Source of the DNA: a phage
DNA length: 64,000 nucleotides
Sequence record: PZ445436.1
Reading direction: 5' to 3' (one strand)
Shown: piece by piece, positions 12,826 through 22,962 of the stretch
Position numbering within the stretch: the first letter of the stretch is position 1
Layout: every line of letters starts with the position of its first letter
Position numbers and translations under genes: made by a program
Notes under the pieces: model-generated
The model's input: the letters and a program-made list of their open reading frames with translations, nothing else
The model's database searches: none
What the model was told of the DNA's origin: nothing

Positions 12826-14244
12826 TTATGGATAGGTATAGATGATACCAGTTTCTAAAGCAGTTTTGTGAATGATGTATCCATTACGCGATTCTTGGAC
12901 ATCAACTTCTGGATAGTCTTTCATCATCTTCTGAAGCGTATAACGATGCAGGTAGTATTTACTATCTGGATCTTCAGTTTTCCAATCTTTACCTTCTTCA
13001 GTCATTTTTTGGATTTCATCCATAACCCACCAACCGCACCAGATGTAAGCTGAAGTACGATGTGGAAGAGGATGAACATAAGGTAATTCACCTTCTGGTT
13101 CTGGAGCAACTTTATCAGTCACTTGAACTTGACCTTCTGCTGTAATAGTTTTACTATCATAATCAGTTGCCGTAACGATAGCAGTAACTTCAATAGTTTG
13201 ACTTCCAACAGATGACGTATCAACGGTATACACATTAGTTGATCCTTCTACAGGAGAAGAATCTTTCTTCCATGAATAAGCAATTTGTGCTTCTTCTGGT
13301 GCATCAGTGACATTAGCAGTAAATGTGGCCGAAGCATCTTGCTGAACATTAATAGAAGGAGGAGTCAATGTAACCTGTGGATTCATTGTCTTCTTATTAA
13401 CTGTTAATGATACTTCATTCGAAGTAACTTCCTTTTCATTGTAATTTTCAGCAGTTACTTGGGCTACGCATTTAATTTTTTTTACTCCACTTGTAGTTGG
13501 AGTATAGCTAAATGTAGAGTTAGTTTCTCCACCAACTTGTGAATCATCTACATACCACTGATACGTAGCAGACGCTCCAACTGGTTGAGAAGCTAAGGCA
13601 GCAGTAAATTGAACTGGGGTTCCAATTACTCCAGCTGAAGGACTATCGGGAGTTACTGCCAAAGTAGTTGTCTGTGTCTTTTTATTAACAGTCAGTGACA
13701 CTTCATTAGAAGTAACGCTTAGTGCGTCATAATCTGTTGCGGTTACTTGAGCCACACACTTGATTTTTTTAACTCCGCTTGTGGTAGGAGTGTAATTGAA
13801 TGTAGCGCTAGTTGCTTCGTCCACAGGAGAATCATCTACATGCCACTGATATGTAGCATTTGCGCCCGATGGCTGCGAAGCTAAAGTAGCGGTAAATTCA
13901 ACAGCTGTTCCGATTACTCCTTCCGGAGGACTATTAGGAGTTACAGCTAAGGTAGTCGTTTGTGTCTTATTTTGAACTGTGATAGTTGTACTAATTTCAG
14001 CTGTTTCTGGACTACTATCGGCAACTTGATTTGTTGCAACTACTTTAATAGTCTTTTGACCGGCAGGTCCTTTTAATACATAACTAAAAGTTGCTTCAGC
14101 CCCATCTTGTGGAACATCATCTACAGTCCAAGCATATGTAATAGGTCCATCTCCAGTTTGACCACTGGGTGTAGCAGTAAACTGCTGAGTCTGATCTATA
14201 ACTCCAGTAGGTGTTTTAGGAGTTATATCAACTGTAAAAGCCAT
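12826..14244 (-). CDS. hoc: Highly immunogenic outer capsid protein Hoc, with four Ig-like domains
   Basis: 472-aa ORF; N-terminus MAFTVDITPKTPTGVID and C-terminal capsid-binding region as in T4 Hoc; contains a tandemly duplicated 96-aa Ig-like unit. Confidence 0.9.
   Translation of the reverse strand: MAFTVDITPKTPTGVIDQTQQFTATPSGQTGDGPITYAWTVDDVPQDGAEATFSYVLKGPAGQKTIKVVATNQVADSSPETAEISTTITVQNKTQTTTLAVTPNSPPEGVIGTAVEFTATLASQPSGANATYQWHVDDSPVDEATSATFNYTPTTSGVKKIKCVAQVTATDYDALSVTSNEVSLTVNKKTQTTTLAVTPDSPSAGVIGTPVQFTAALASQPVGASATYQWYVDDSQVGGETNSTFSYTPTTSGVKKIKCVAQVTAENYNEKEVTSNEVSLTVNKKTMNPQVTLTPPSINVQQDASATFTANVTDAPEEAQIAYSWKKDSSPVEGSTNVYTVDTSSVGSQTIEVTAIVTATDYDSKTITAEGQVQVTDKVAPEPEGELPYVHPLPHRTSAYIWCGWWVMDEIQKMTEEGKDWKTEDPDSKYYLHRYTLQKMMKDYPEVDVQESRNGYIIHKTALETGIIYTYP
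13393..13968 (-). repeat. In-frame tandem duplication (2 x 288 bp) encoding two Ig-like domains of Hoc
   Basis: Units 13393-13680 and 13681-13968 both encode KTQTTTLAVTP...SNEVSLTVNK, roughly three quarters identical at protein level. Confidence 0.85.
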
Positions 14245-14253
14245 AAGTTATCC

Positions 14254-14934
14254 TTATTTTAATGTTACGAAAGAAGAATTGCGTGTTTCACGAATTAAAA
14301 CTGATCCGTCACGGTTAATGTAATAAATTAAGCTAAATAAAGTTTGGTGTGCTGACGCATGCTCAAAACTTGTTGGGTGAGATTTCCAATCCGGAGTTTC
14401 AGCAATCCATTGATAAATCCACCAAGGAACAGTGCAGAATCCTGGATTTTTTCCAATCAGTTGAAGATTCGGACTAAAGTTTTCCGGAAGAGTAAATACA
14501 GACGGCTTTTCAGATTCAATAATCTCAGCTACAGCCTGTTCAAATTTTTCTTCAACAAAAGGAGTATCTTCAATCAAAACATCGGTATTTTCAGGAATTT
14601 TATCCTTTTCTACTACTTCAATTTTAATGTCAGATTTAACTGGAGAATCAATTAGAAGTGCTGCTTCTGGATTGACTTCTTCATCGTCATATTTTAATCC
14701 CTCTGCGGCATCAGCAGCATCAATTAAGTCTTTAATAGATAACCCATCAGTCTCTGGCATAGGCTCACTAGCGAGCTTCTGGAGGGCTTCTTCAATATCA
14801 GCAACGATATTATCAAAAGATTTATTCTTTTTGACCTTTATACCAAACTGTTCAGCATATTCAGCTAATTTAGCTTTAGCTTCTTTGTTATCATCAAGAG
14901 CCTTCAGCTCTGCAATATAATCTTTATCTATCAT
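14254..14934 (-). CDS. inh: Inhibitor of prohead protease, T4 Inh (hoc.1)-like
   Basis: 226-aa ORF, length and position as T4 inh. Confidence 0.85.
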   Translation of the reverse strand: MIDKDYIAELKALDDNKEAKAKLAEYAEQFGIKVKKNKSFDNIVADIEEALQKLASEPMPETDGLSIKDLIDAADAAEGLKYDDEEVNPEAALLIDSPVKSDIKIEVVEKDKIPENTDVLIEDTPFVEEKFEQAVAEIIESEKPSVFTLPENFSPNLQLIGKNPGFCTVPWWIYQWIAETPDWKSHPTSFEHASAHQTLFSLIYYINRDGSVLIRETRNSSFVTLK

Positions 14935-14947
14935 AATATTTCCTCAG

Positions 14948-14955
14948 TATAAATA
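14948..14955 (+). promoter_or_regulatory. Late promoter (TATAAATA) for uvsW
   Basis: Exact TATAAATA 29 nt upstream of uvsW ATG. Confidence 0.6.
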
Positions 14956-14984
14956 TAGATATATTTATTACATGGTATTTAGAC

Positions 14985-16496
14985 ATGACTGACATTAAAG
15001 TACATTTTTATGATTTTAGTCACGTGAGAATTGATTGTGAAGAAAGTACATTTCATGAACTCCGTGATTTCTTTAGCTTTGAAGCTGATGGGTATCGTTT
15101 TAATCCGAAATACAAATATGGCCACTGGGATGGACGAATCCGTCTTTTAGATTATAATCGTCTTCTTCCATTCGGCTTAGTCGGGCAAATTAAAAAGTTC
15201 TGTGATAACTTTGGCTATAAAGCCTGGATTGACCCACAAATTAACGAAAAAGAAGAATTATCAAGAAAAGATTTTGATGAATGGCTTTCTAAATTAGAAA
15301 TCTATTCAGGAAATAAAAGAATTGAACCACACTGGTATCAAAAAGATGCAGTGTTCGAAGGATTAGTTAATCGTCGTAGAATTCTTAATCTTCCAACATC
15401 CGCTGGTAAATCTTTAATTCAAGCTTTGCTTGCGCGATATTATTTGGAAAATTATGAAGGTAAAATTCTTATCATTGTTCCAACAACTGCTCTGACAACT
15501 CAGATGGCTGATGACTTCGTTGACTATCGTTTATTCAGTCATGCAATGATAAAGAAAATTGGCGGCGGAGCATCAAAAGATGATAAATATAAAAATGATG
15601 CACCAGTCGTTGTTGGTACATGGCAAACTGTAGTAAAACAACCGAAAGAATGGTTCTCACAGTTTGGAATGATGATGAATGATGAATGTCATCTTGCTAC
15701 AGGAAAAAGTATTTCATCCATCATATCAGGTTTAAATAACTGCATGTTCAAATTCGGTTTGTCTGGTTCATTACGTGATGGCAAAGCTAATATCATGCAG
15801 TATGTTGGAATGTTTGGTGAAATATTTAAGCCAGTAACGACTTCTAAATTAATGGAAGATGGACAAGTAACTGAGCTAAAAATTAATAGTATTTTTCTTC
15901 GCTATCCCGATGAGTTCACTACTAAATTAAAGGGAAAAACTTATCAAGAAGAAATAAAAATTATTACTGGGCTTAGTAAAAGAAATAAATGGATCGCTAA
16001 ATTAGCTATTAAGCTTGCGCAAAAAGATGAAAACGCTTTTGTCATGTTTAAACATGTATCGCATGGTAAAGCTATTTTCGATTTAATTAAAAATGAATAC
16101 GATAAAGTTTATTACGTATCAGGGGAAGTTGATACCGAAACCCGCAATATAATGAAAACCTTAGCTGAAAATGGTAAAGGAATAATTATAGTAGCTAGTT
16201 ATGGTGTATTTTCTACTGGTATTTCAGTTAAAAATCTGCATCACGTTGTTTTAGCGCACGGTGTTAAATCAAAAATCATTGTATTACAAACAATCGGTCG
16301 TGTATTACGTAAGCATGGTTCTAAGACAATAGCAACAGTCTGGGACCTCATAGATGATTGTGGTGTTAAGCCAAAATCTGCTAATACGAAAAAGAAATAT
16401 GTTCATTTGAACTATCTTTTAAAACACGGCATTGATCGTATTCAGCGCTACGCAGATGAAAAATTTAATTACGTAATGAAAACAGTTAATTTATAA
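14985..16496 (+). CDS. uvsW: UvsW DNA/RNA helicase (SF2)
   Basis: 503-aa ORF; Walker A PTSAGKS and DECH box; late promoter upstream. Confidence 0.95.
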   Translation: MTDIKVHFYDFSHVRIDCEESTFHELRDFFSFEADGYRFNPKYKYGHWDGRIRLLDYNRLLPFGLVGQIKKFCDNFGYKAWIDPQINEKEELSRKDFDEWLSKLEIYSGNKRIEPHWYQKDAVFEGLVNRRRILNLPTSAGKSLIQALLARYYLENYEGKILIIVPTTALTTQMADDFVDYRLFSHAMIKKIGGGASKDDKYKNDAPVVVGTWQTVVKQPKEWFSQFGMMMNDECHLATGKSISSIISGLNNCMFKFGLSGSLRDGKANIMQYVGMFGEIFKPVTTSKLMEDGQVTELKINSIFLRYPDEFTTKLKGKTYQEEIKIITGLSKRNKWIAKLAIKLAQKDENAFVMFKHVSHGKAIFDLIKNEYDKVYYVSGEVDTETRNIMKTLAENGKGIIIVASYGVFSTGISVKNLHHVVLAHGVKSKIIVLQTIGRVLRKHGSKTIATVWDLIDDCGVKPKSANTKKKYVHLNYLLKHGIDRIQRYADEKFNYVMKTVNL

Positions 16497-16508
16497 GGGC
16501 TTCGGCCC
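16497..16508 (+). other. UUCG-tetraloop hairpin between uvsW and uvsW.1
   Basis: GGGC-UUCG-GCCC followed by TTT and the uvsW.1 SD. Confidence 0.45.
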
Positions 16509-16521
16509 TTTGGAGAAAAAG

Positions 16522-16752
16522 ATGTTACTAGAATTTAAACAATTTCTTTATGAAGCTTCTATTGATGAATTTATGGGTAAAATTGCCTCTTGTCAAACAT
16601 TAGAAGGTTTAGAAGAACTTGAAGCTTATTATAAGAAAAGAGTTAAAGAAACTGAATTAAAAGATACTGATGACATCTCAGTTAGAGATGCTTTGGCAGG
16701 AAAAAGAGCTGAATTAGAAGATTCAGACGATGAAGTAGAAGAAAGCTTTTAA
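16522..16752 (+). CDS. uvsW.1: UvsW.1 small acidic protein
   Basis: ORF-track start 16510 is a TTG; first ATG at 16522 follows GGAG SD; 76 aa as T4 UvsW.1. Confidence 0.75.
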   Translation: MLLEFKQFLYEASIDEFMGKIASCQTLEGLEELEAYYKKRVKETELKDTDDISVRDALAGKRAELEDSDDEVEESF

Positions 16753-16807
16753 ATTAAAAAAGGCCCAACCAAAAAGGAAGGGCCAAAACTATAGACTAAA
16801 GGTCACA

Positions 16808-16975
16808 CTATAGCAAAAGTTGTGTTTCATTTAATTGTTCTTCCGAACTTTCTGAAACTGGTAGTTCTTTAATGTAATTATAGCAAGGCCCAGGATGTAC
16901 AGGACCTTTGTCTGTTTCAACAACCAATGCAGAATCGATTGGAGTTTTACAGACAACACAAATCTTATCTGACAT
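16808..16975 (-). CDS. Small Cys-containing protein, T4 UvsY.-2-like
   Basis: 55-aa ORF translated by hand (MSDKICVVCKTPIDS...), below the ORF-track length cut-off; fills the gap before uvsY.-1. Confidence 0.5.
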   Translation of the reverse strand: MSDKICVVCKTPIDSALVVETDKGPVHPGPCYNYIKELPVSESSEEQLNETQLLL

Positions 16976-17000
16976 GATTGTCTCCTCTGAATTATATATC

Positions 17001-17008
17001 TATTTATA
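17001..17008 (-). promoter_or_regulatory. Possible late promoter for the uvsY.-2-like ORF
   Basis: Plus-strand TATTTATA (minus TATAAATA) 26 nt upstream of the small ORF start. Confidence 0.4.
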
Positions 17009-17228
17009 CAACTCTCATATGCATATCAATGCCCATATCTTTAGAATAAAAATATTCATCAAGATATCCGGCAAATTTTCCTTTAATATAAAGGACATCT
17101 TCACCACACGGGTGGTCGGCCAGGATACGAATATCCTGACGCTTAAGATTATGCTTTTTCATTAAGAATTGAATTTCCGTTTCAAATTCTTCTTCATAAT
17201 TAAAAGCATCATCAATGCTATATCTCAT
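17004..17228 (-). CDS. Hypothetical protein, T4 UvsY.-1-like
   Basis: 74-aa ORF directly downstream of uvsY. Confidence 0.7.
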   Translation of the reverse strand: MRYSIDDAFNYEEEFETEIQFLMKKHNLKRQDIRILADHPCGEDVLYIKGKFAGYLDEYFYSKDMGIDMHMRVV

Positions 17229-17641
17229 TATTTTCCAGCCTCAAATGCTCGCATGTCTTGAATATGCTTAATAGCAAATCCGCGTGATTTGATAGCATCA
17301 AGAGCTCCGCTACAGAAATCTAATAAAATCCCCCAATACTGTAACGAGGTATCAACCTTTAAAACATCCTTATCAGCTGATAGAACTGTTTTCATTTCTG
17401 ATTTCTCGTAACGATCCATACTAAATTCATCACCATCTCCTCGTCCCGAGTAGTAGTCTAATTTAGCTTTAAGAGCAACTTTTTTCTGTGCATCAATTCT
17501 AAGCATTTCCTTTTTAATACTTGAATGCTTATTAAGCCATTTACTATATAACATCACATTATTAGCTGCTTCATACTGTAATTTAGTCGAATCTATAAAC
17601 ACATCTTTCTTCAATTCTTCTTGAAGATCTTCTAATTTCAT
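17228..17641 (-). CDS. uvsY: Recombination mediator protein UvsY
   Basis: 137-aa ORF, length and sequence as T4 UvsY; MotA-box middle promoter upstream. Confidence 0.9.
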   Translation of the reverse strand: MKLEDLQEELKKDVFIDSTKLQYEAANNVMLYSKWLNKHSSIKKEMLRIDAQKKVALKAKLDYYSGRGDGDEFSMDRYEKSEMKTVLSADKDVLKVDTSLQYWGILLDFCSGALDAIKSRGFAIKHIQDMRAFEAGK

Positions 17642-17681
17642 ATTGTTCTCTATTCAATTGTTATTGGATGGACTTAGATTC

Positions 17682-17707
17682 ATTATACCACGTTTATACG
17701 TGAAGCA
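17682..17707 (-). promoter_or_regulatory. MotA-dependent middle promoter of uvsY
   Basis: Minus strand MotA box TAATGCTTCA, 13-nt spacer, TATAAT; about 40 nt upstream of the uvsY ATG; T4 ori(uvsY) maps to this neighbourhood (not verified here). Confidence 0.55.
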
Positions 17708-18106
17708 TTATACTCTATTACTGGAAGCCAATTGCAGTTTTATCTGCTCAATATCATCAGGGTTATCGATGACCGAAAAGCGTATTTCTACTATCAGAGT
17801 ATAATCATCATAAACCGGTATTACATTAACTGCTAATTTATCAATACGTGGCTCGTAGTTTCTTACTGCGCTTTCGATGTTACGCTCAACTGTATCAGCA
17901 GTAAGAGGAGTCATATTCTCAAAAAGCTGATCAGATAAATCGCATCCAAATTCTGGGTCAAAAGGTCTCGACCCTTTTCTGGTTGTAATAATTCCTAAAA
18001 GGCTATTTTTAATTGACCTTAATCCAAGAGATCTAGAAACATCTTTGTCCCAATCCATTTTCATTTCTGGGTCAATGTCAGAATAAAGCTTATTAATATT
18101 TGCCAT
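17708..18106 (-). CDS. 25: Baseplate wedge protein, T4 gp25-like
   Basis: 132-aa ORF, length as T4 gp25. Confidence 0.9.
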   Translation of the reverse strand: MANINKLYSDIDPEMKMDWDKDVSRSLGLRSIKNSLLGIITTRKGSRPFDPEFGCDLSDQLFENMTPLTADTVERNIESAVRNYEPRIDKLAVNVIPVYDDYTLIVEIRFSVIDNPDDIEQIKLQLASSNRV

Positions 18107-18732
18107 TACAATAGCTCAAAGAATTCTTTGAGTCCTCTTATTACATGAGCGTGAGTTTTTCCACACTCTGGACACTTAATTGGAACAGCCAAATAAACAG
18201 TAGGCTTTAAAAGCATATCTTTTATAGCTACAATATCTGACTCTGTGATGATAGAATATAAATCTTCCAGTTCCTTTTCATTTAAGTCTTCAACTGGAAT
18301 GCTTTCCCCGTTAGCGTGAATCGTTTCTATGCATGATACTATCATGTGGGCTATATTTTTATCATCAAAAATTTTGGGGTAATGGAACTTAATTTTAATG
18401 TCACCCAGTGTATACCAGAGGTCTTCTGGTGCATCTATTTGCGTATGTAATAGATTTATATGGGTTGGTATTTCAGTTCCACAGGTGCACTTCCAGGAGT
18501 TTTCGTGATTAACTTCCCCAAGAGAATGTGCCCATAAATGAATCAACAAGAGTTCTGATTCTTGGCGGTTTAAATCTTTTGCATTTGTGCAGTCTTTGAT
18601 TAGCTTTTTAACAATTACTTCTACAGAACCATTATTTTTGGCAGTAATAAGTTCTAGATATTCTTTAAGCTTGAATGCGCGACAATTGATTATTTTAGAA
18701 CCAACTCTCACATCAAATTTGTATTCATACAT
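18106..18732 (-). CDS. 26: Baseplate hub protein, T4 gp26-like
   Basis: 208-aa ORF; late promoter on minus strand upstream. Confidence 0.85.
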   Translation of the reverse strand: MYEYKFDVRVGSKIINCRAFKLKEYLELITAKNNGSVEVIVKKLIKDCTNAKDLNRQESELLLIHLWAHSLGEVNHENSWKCTCGTEIPTHINLLHTQIDAPEDLWYTLGDIKIKFHYPKIFDDKNIAHMIVSCIETIHANGESIPVEDLNEKELEDLYSIITESDIVAIKDMLLKPTVYLAVPIKCPECGKTHAHVIRGLKEFFELL

Positions 18733-18753
18733 ATTTAGCTCCTTTATTTATCA

Positions 18754-18761
18754 TATTTATA
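18754..18761 (-). promoter_or_regulatory. Late promoter (TATAAATA on minus strand) for gene 26
   Basis: Plus TATTTATA 22 nt upstream of gene 26 start; overlaps the divergent gene 51 promoter. Confidence 0.55.
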
Positions 18762-18765
18762 AATA
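18758..18765 (+). promoter_or_regulatory. Late promoter (TATAAATA) for gene 51
   Basis: Exact TATAAATA 17 nt upstream of gene 51 ATG. Confidence 0.6.
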
Positions 18766-18782
18766 GAATAAAAGGAGCATCT

Positions 18783-19532
18783 ATGGCAAACATTATTCGT
18801 TGTAAATTACCAGATGGTGTTCATCGTTTTAAACCATTTACGGTAGAAGATTATCGAGATTTTTTGTTAGTTCGAAACGATATAGAACATCGGTCACCAC
18901 AAGAACAAAAAGAAATAATTGCTGATTTAATTGCCGATTATTTTGGAGACTATCCGAAGACTTGGCAACCATTTATATTTTTGCAGGTATTTGTAGGGTC
19001 AATAGGTAAAACTAAAGTACCGGTCACATTTGTATGTCCAAAATGTAAAAAAGAAAAGACAGTTCCATTTGAAATATATCAAAAAGAATTAAAGGAACCT
19101 GTTTTTGATGTAGCTAATGTTAAAATTAAATTAAAGTTTCCTTCTGAGTTTTATGAAAATAAAGCAAAGATGATTACTGAAAATATTCATTCTGTTCAAG
19201 TAGATGAAATATGGTATGATTGGAAGGAAATTAGCGAGTCCAGTCAAATAGAACTAGTTGACGCCATCGAGATAGAAACATTAGAAAAAATTCTCGATGC
19301 AATGAATCCTATTAATTTAACTCTACATATGTCATGCTGTAATAAGTACATTAAAAAATACACTGATATAGTAGACGTGTTTAAGCTATTAGTTAACCCA
19401 GATGAGATATTTACTTTTTATCAAATTAATCACACACTCGTAAAAAGTAATTATAGCTTAAATTCAATAATGAAAATGATTCCTGCCGAGCGCGGATTCG
19501 TATTAAAACTGATTGAGAAGGATAAACAATAA
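18783..19532 (+). CDS. 51: Baseplate hub assembly catalyst, T4 gp51-like
   Basis: 249-aa ORF divergent from gene 26; late promoter upstream. Confidence 0.85.
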   Translation: MANIIRCKLPDGVHRFKPFTVEDYRDFLLVRNDIEHRSPQEQKEIIADLIADYFGDYPKTWQPFIFLQVFVGSIGKTKVPVTFVCPKCKKEKTVPFEIYQKELKEPVFDVANVKIKLKFPSEFYENKAKMITENIHSVQVDEIWYDWKEISESSQIELVDAIEIETLEKILDAMNPINLTLHMSCCNKYIKKYTDIVDVFKLLVNPDEIFTFYQINHTLVKSNYSLNSIMKMIPAERGFVLKLIEKDKQ

Positions 19533-20707
19533 TGAGTATGTTGCAACGCCCCGGATATCCAAATCTCAGCGTTAAATTATTTGATAGCTACGACGCTTGG
19601 AGTAATAATAGATTTGTTGAATTAGCTGCTACTATTACTACATTAACTATGCGGGATTCTCTTTATGGCCGAAATGAAGGAATGCTGCAGTTTTATGATT
19701 CTAAAAACATCCATACAAAAATGGATGGAAATGAAATAATTCAGATTTCTGTAGCTAATGCAAATGATATTAATAATGTTAAAACACGAATTTATGGATG
19801 TAAGCATTTTTCCGTGTCAGTAGATTCAAAAGGTGATAACATCATTGCTATTGAATTGGGAACTATTCATTCTATAGAAAATCTTAAATTTGGTAGACCA
19901 TTTTTCCCTGATGCAGGTGAATCTATAAAAGAAATGCTTGGCGTCATTTATCAGGATCGCACATTATTAACTCCAGCAATAAATGCTATAAATGCTTATG
20001 TTCCTGATATTCCGTGGACTAGCACATTTGAAAACTATTTGTCATATGTAAGAGAAGTTGCTCTAGCTGTAGGAAGCGACAAATTTGTATTTGTGTGGCA
20101 AGACATCATGGGAGTTAACATGATGGACTATGATATGATGATAAATCAAGAACCATATCCAATGATTGTTGGTGAGCCATCTTTAATAGGTCAATTTGTC
20201 CAAGAATTAAAATACCCATTAGCATATGATTTTGTTTGGTTGACTAAATCGAATCCTCACAAACGTGACCCAATGAAAAATGCTACTATCTATGCTCATT
20301 CATTTTTAGATTCTTCACTGCCAATGATTACTACAGGAAAGGGCGAAAACTCTATTGTAGTGTCAAGATCAGGTGCTTATTCTGAAATGACTTATAGGAA
20401 TGGATATGAAGAAGCTATTCGTCTTCAAACTATGGCACAATATGACGGCTATGCTAAATGTTCTACTGTCGGTAATTTTAACTTGACTCCTGGTGTTAAA
20501 ATTATTTTTAATGACAGTAAAAACCAATTTAAAACAGAATTTTACGTTGATGAAGTTATCCATGAATTATCAAATAATAATTCAGTAACTCATTTATATA
20601 TGTTCACTAATGCAACGAAACTGGAAACAATAGACCCAGTTAAGGTTAAAAATGAATTTAAATCTGATACTACCACTGAAGAAAGTAGTTCTTCCAATAA
20701 GCAATAA
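19532..20707 (+). CDS. 27: Baseplate hub protein, T4 gp27-like
   Basis: 391-aa ORF, length as T4 gp27. Confidence 0.9.
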   Translation: MSMLQRPGYPNLSVKLFDSYDAWSNNRFVELAATITTLTMRDSLYGRNEGMLQFYDSKNIHTKMDGNEIIQISVANANDINNVKTRIYGCKHFSVSVDSKGDNIIAIELGTIHSIENLKFGRPFFPDAGESIKEMLGVIYQDRTLLTPAINAINAYVPDIPWTSTFENYLSYVREVALAVGSDKFVFVWQDIMGVNMMDYDMMINQEPYPMIVGEPSLIGQFVQELKYPLAYDFVWLTKSNPHKRDPMKNATIYAHSFLDSSLPMITTGKGENSIVVSRSGAYSEMTYRNGYEEAIRLQTMAQYDGYAKCSTVGNFNLTPGVKIIFNDSKNQFKTEFYVDEVIHELSNNNSVTHLYMFTNATKLETIDPVKVKNEFKSDTTTEESSSSNKQ

Positions 20708-21185
20708 AGAAGTTTCTATTCCTAAAATGGGTCTTAAACATTATAACATTTTAAAAGATGTTAAAGGTCCTGATGAAAATTTAAAACTTCTTATTGATTC
20801 TATTTGTCCGAATTTATCACCGGCAGAAGTTGATTTCGTTTCTATTCATTTATTGGAATTTAATGGAAAGATTAAATCTCGTAAAGAAATAGATGGCTAT
20901 ACTTATGACATTAATGATGTTTATGTATGCCAAAGATTAGAATTTCAATACCAAGGAAATACATTTTATTTTAGACCTCCTGGAAAATTTGAACAATTTT
21001 TAACGGTGAGCGATATGTTATCTAAATGCTTGCTTAAGGTTAACGATGAAGTTAAAGAAATTAATTTTCTTGAGATGCCAGCATTCGTTTTAAAATGGGC
21101 AAATGATATTTTTACAACTTTAGCAATTCCTGGCCCTAATGGTCCAATAACTGGAATTGGCAATATTATTGGATTATTTGAATGA
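20652..21185 (+). CDS. 28: Baseplate hub distal subunit, T4 gp28-like
   Basis: 177-aa ORF overlapping the 3' end of gene 27, as in T4. Confidence 0.85.
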   Translation: MNLNLILPLKKVVLPISNKEVSIPKMGLKHYNILKDVKGPDENLKLLIDSICPNLSPAEVDFVSIHLLEFNGKIKSRKEIDGYTYDINDVYVCQRLEFQYQGNTFYFRPPGKFEQFLTVSDMLSKCLLKVNDEVKEINFLEMPAFVLKWANDIFTTLAIPGPNGPITGIGNIIGLFE

Positions 21186-22954
21186 AAAAGCCACAAGAAA
21201 TGCAAACGATGCGTAGAAAAGTTATTTCAGATAATAAACCAACACAGGAAGCGGCTAAATCCGCTTCCAATACTTTATCTGGACTTAATGATATATCTAC
21301 GAAATTGGATGATGCTCAAGCTGCTTCTGAATTAATAGCTCAAACTGTCGAAGAAAAATCGAATGAAATAGTTGGAGCAATTGGTAACGTAGAAAGCGCA
21401 GTGAGTGATACTACTGCTGGTTCTGAGTTAATTGCTGAAACTGTCGAAATTGGCAACAATATTAATAAAGAAATAGGTGAATCGCTCGGAAGTAAATTAG
21501 ATAAATTAACAAGTTTACTAGAGCAAAAAATTCAGACAGCTGGAATTCAACAGACTGGAACTAGTTTAGCCACAGTTGAAAGCGCTATTCCTGTTAAAGT
21601 CGTTGAGGATGATACTGCTGAATCTGTGGGTCCTTTATTACCGGCTCCTGAAGCAGTTAATAATGATCCTGACGCTGATTTTTTCCCTACCCCTCAGCCA
21701 GTTGAACCCAAACAAGAATCGCCAGAAGAAAAACAGAAAAAAGAAGCATTTAACTTAAAATTATCTCAAGCTTTAGATAAATTAACGAAGACTGTTGATT
21801 TTGGATTTAAAAAATCCATTTCAATTACTGATAAAATATCAAGCATGTTATTTAAGTACACCATCAGTGCTGCTATTGAAGCTGCTAAAATGACTGCAAT
21901 GATATTGGCTGTTGTTGTTGGAATAGACCTGTTGATGGTTCATTTTAAATACTGGTCAGATAAATTTTCAAAAGCCTGGGATTTATTTAATACTGACTTT
22001 ACTAAATTCTCTAGCGAAACCGGAACATGGGGTCCTTTATTACAGAGCATCTTTGATTCTATTGATAAAATTAAACAACTTTGGGAAGCGGGAGATTGGG
22101 GTGGATTGACAGCAGCTATTGTTGAAGGACTCGGAAGTGTTCTTTTTAATTTAGGTGAACTTATTCAATTAGGTATGGCTAAATTATCTGCAGCAATTCT
22201 TCGAGTCATTCCTGGTATGAAGGATACTGCTGATGAAGTAGAAGGAAGAGCATTAGAAAATTTCCAAAATTCTACTGGAGCATCTCTCAATAAAGAAGAC
22301 CAGGAAAAAGTTGCAAATTATCAAGATAAACGAATGAACGGAGACCTTGGTCCGATAGCAAAAGGATTAGATAAAATTGCTAATTGGAAAACTCGTGCAT
22401 CTAATTGGATTCGTGGGGTTGATAATAAAGAAGCACTAACTACCGACGAAGAACGTGCAGCAGAAGAAGAAAAATTAAAGCAACTTTCACCTGAAGAAAG
22501 AAAAAATGCTTTAATGAAGGCTAATGAAGCCCGTGCCGCAATGATTCGCTTTGAAAAATATGCTGATTCAGCTGATATGAGTAAAGACTCAACGGTTAAA
22601 TCTGTTGAATCTGCCTATGAAGACCTTAAAAAACGGATGGATGACCCGGATTTAAATAATTCACCGGCAGTTAAAAAAGAACTTGCTGCTAGATTTTCTA
22701 AAATTGATGCTACTTATCAAGAGCTCAAGAAAAATCAGCCTAATGCCAAACCTGAAACTTCTGCTAAATCGCCAGAAGCAAAACAAGTCCAGGTAATAGA
22801 AAAGAACAAAGCACAGCAAGCTCCTGTTCAACAAGCATCTCCTTCAATCAATAATACTAATAATGTTATTAAGAAAAATACTGTCGTTCATAATATGACA
22901 CCTGTCACAAGCACAACTGCTCCTGGTGTATTTGATGCGACTGGGGTTAATTAA
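21182..22954 (+). CDS. 29: Baseplate hub / tail length determinant (tape measure), T4 gp29-like
   Basis: 590-aa ORF, length as T4 gp29. Confidence 0.9.
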   Translation: MKKPQEMQTMRRKVISDNKPTQEAAKSASNTLSGLNDISTKLDDAQAASELIAQTVEEKSNEIVGAIGNVESAVSDTTAGSELIAETVEIGNNINKEIGESLGSKLDKLTSLLEQKIQTAGIQQTGTSLATVESAIPVKVVEDDTAESVGPLLPAPEAVNNDPDADFFPTPQPVEPKQESPEEKQKKEAFNLKLSQALDKLTKTVDFGFKKSISITDKISSMLFKYTISAAIEAAKMTAMILAVVVGIDLLMVHFKYWSDKFSKAWDLFNTDFTKFSSETGTWGPLLQSIFDSIDKIKQLWEAGDWGGLTAAIVEGLGSVLFNLGELIQLGMAKLSAAILRVIPGMKDTADEVEGRALENFQNSTGASLNKEDQEKVANYQDKRMNGDLGPIAKGLDKIANWKTRASNWIRGVDNKEALTTDEERAAEEEKLKQLSPEERKNALMKANEARAAMIRFEKYADSADMSKDSTVKSVESAYEDLKKRMDDPDLNNSPAVKKELAARFSKIDATYQELKKNQPNAKPETSAKSPEAKQVQVIEKNKAQQAPVQQASPSINNTNNVIKKNTVVHNMTPVTSTTAPGVFDATGVN

Positions 22955-22962
22955 GGAATAAT

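Noticed and set aside
13393-13968. Possible CRISPR-like or other non-coding repeat array
   Set aside because: The repeats are 288-bp in-frame coding units inside hoc with no spacer/repeat architecture; likewise the gp37 repeats are coding. No CRISPR array is present in the window.
16761-16783. Possible bidirectional terminator between convergent uvsW.1 and the uvsY.-2-like ORF
   Set aside because: The stem is only GGCCC/GGGCC with a 13-nt loop; too weak to call.
16908-17165. 85-aa plus-strand ORF
   Set aside because: Lies antisense across the uvsY.-2 and uvsY.-1 genes and their late promoter; low-complexity translation with no SD.
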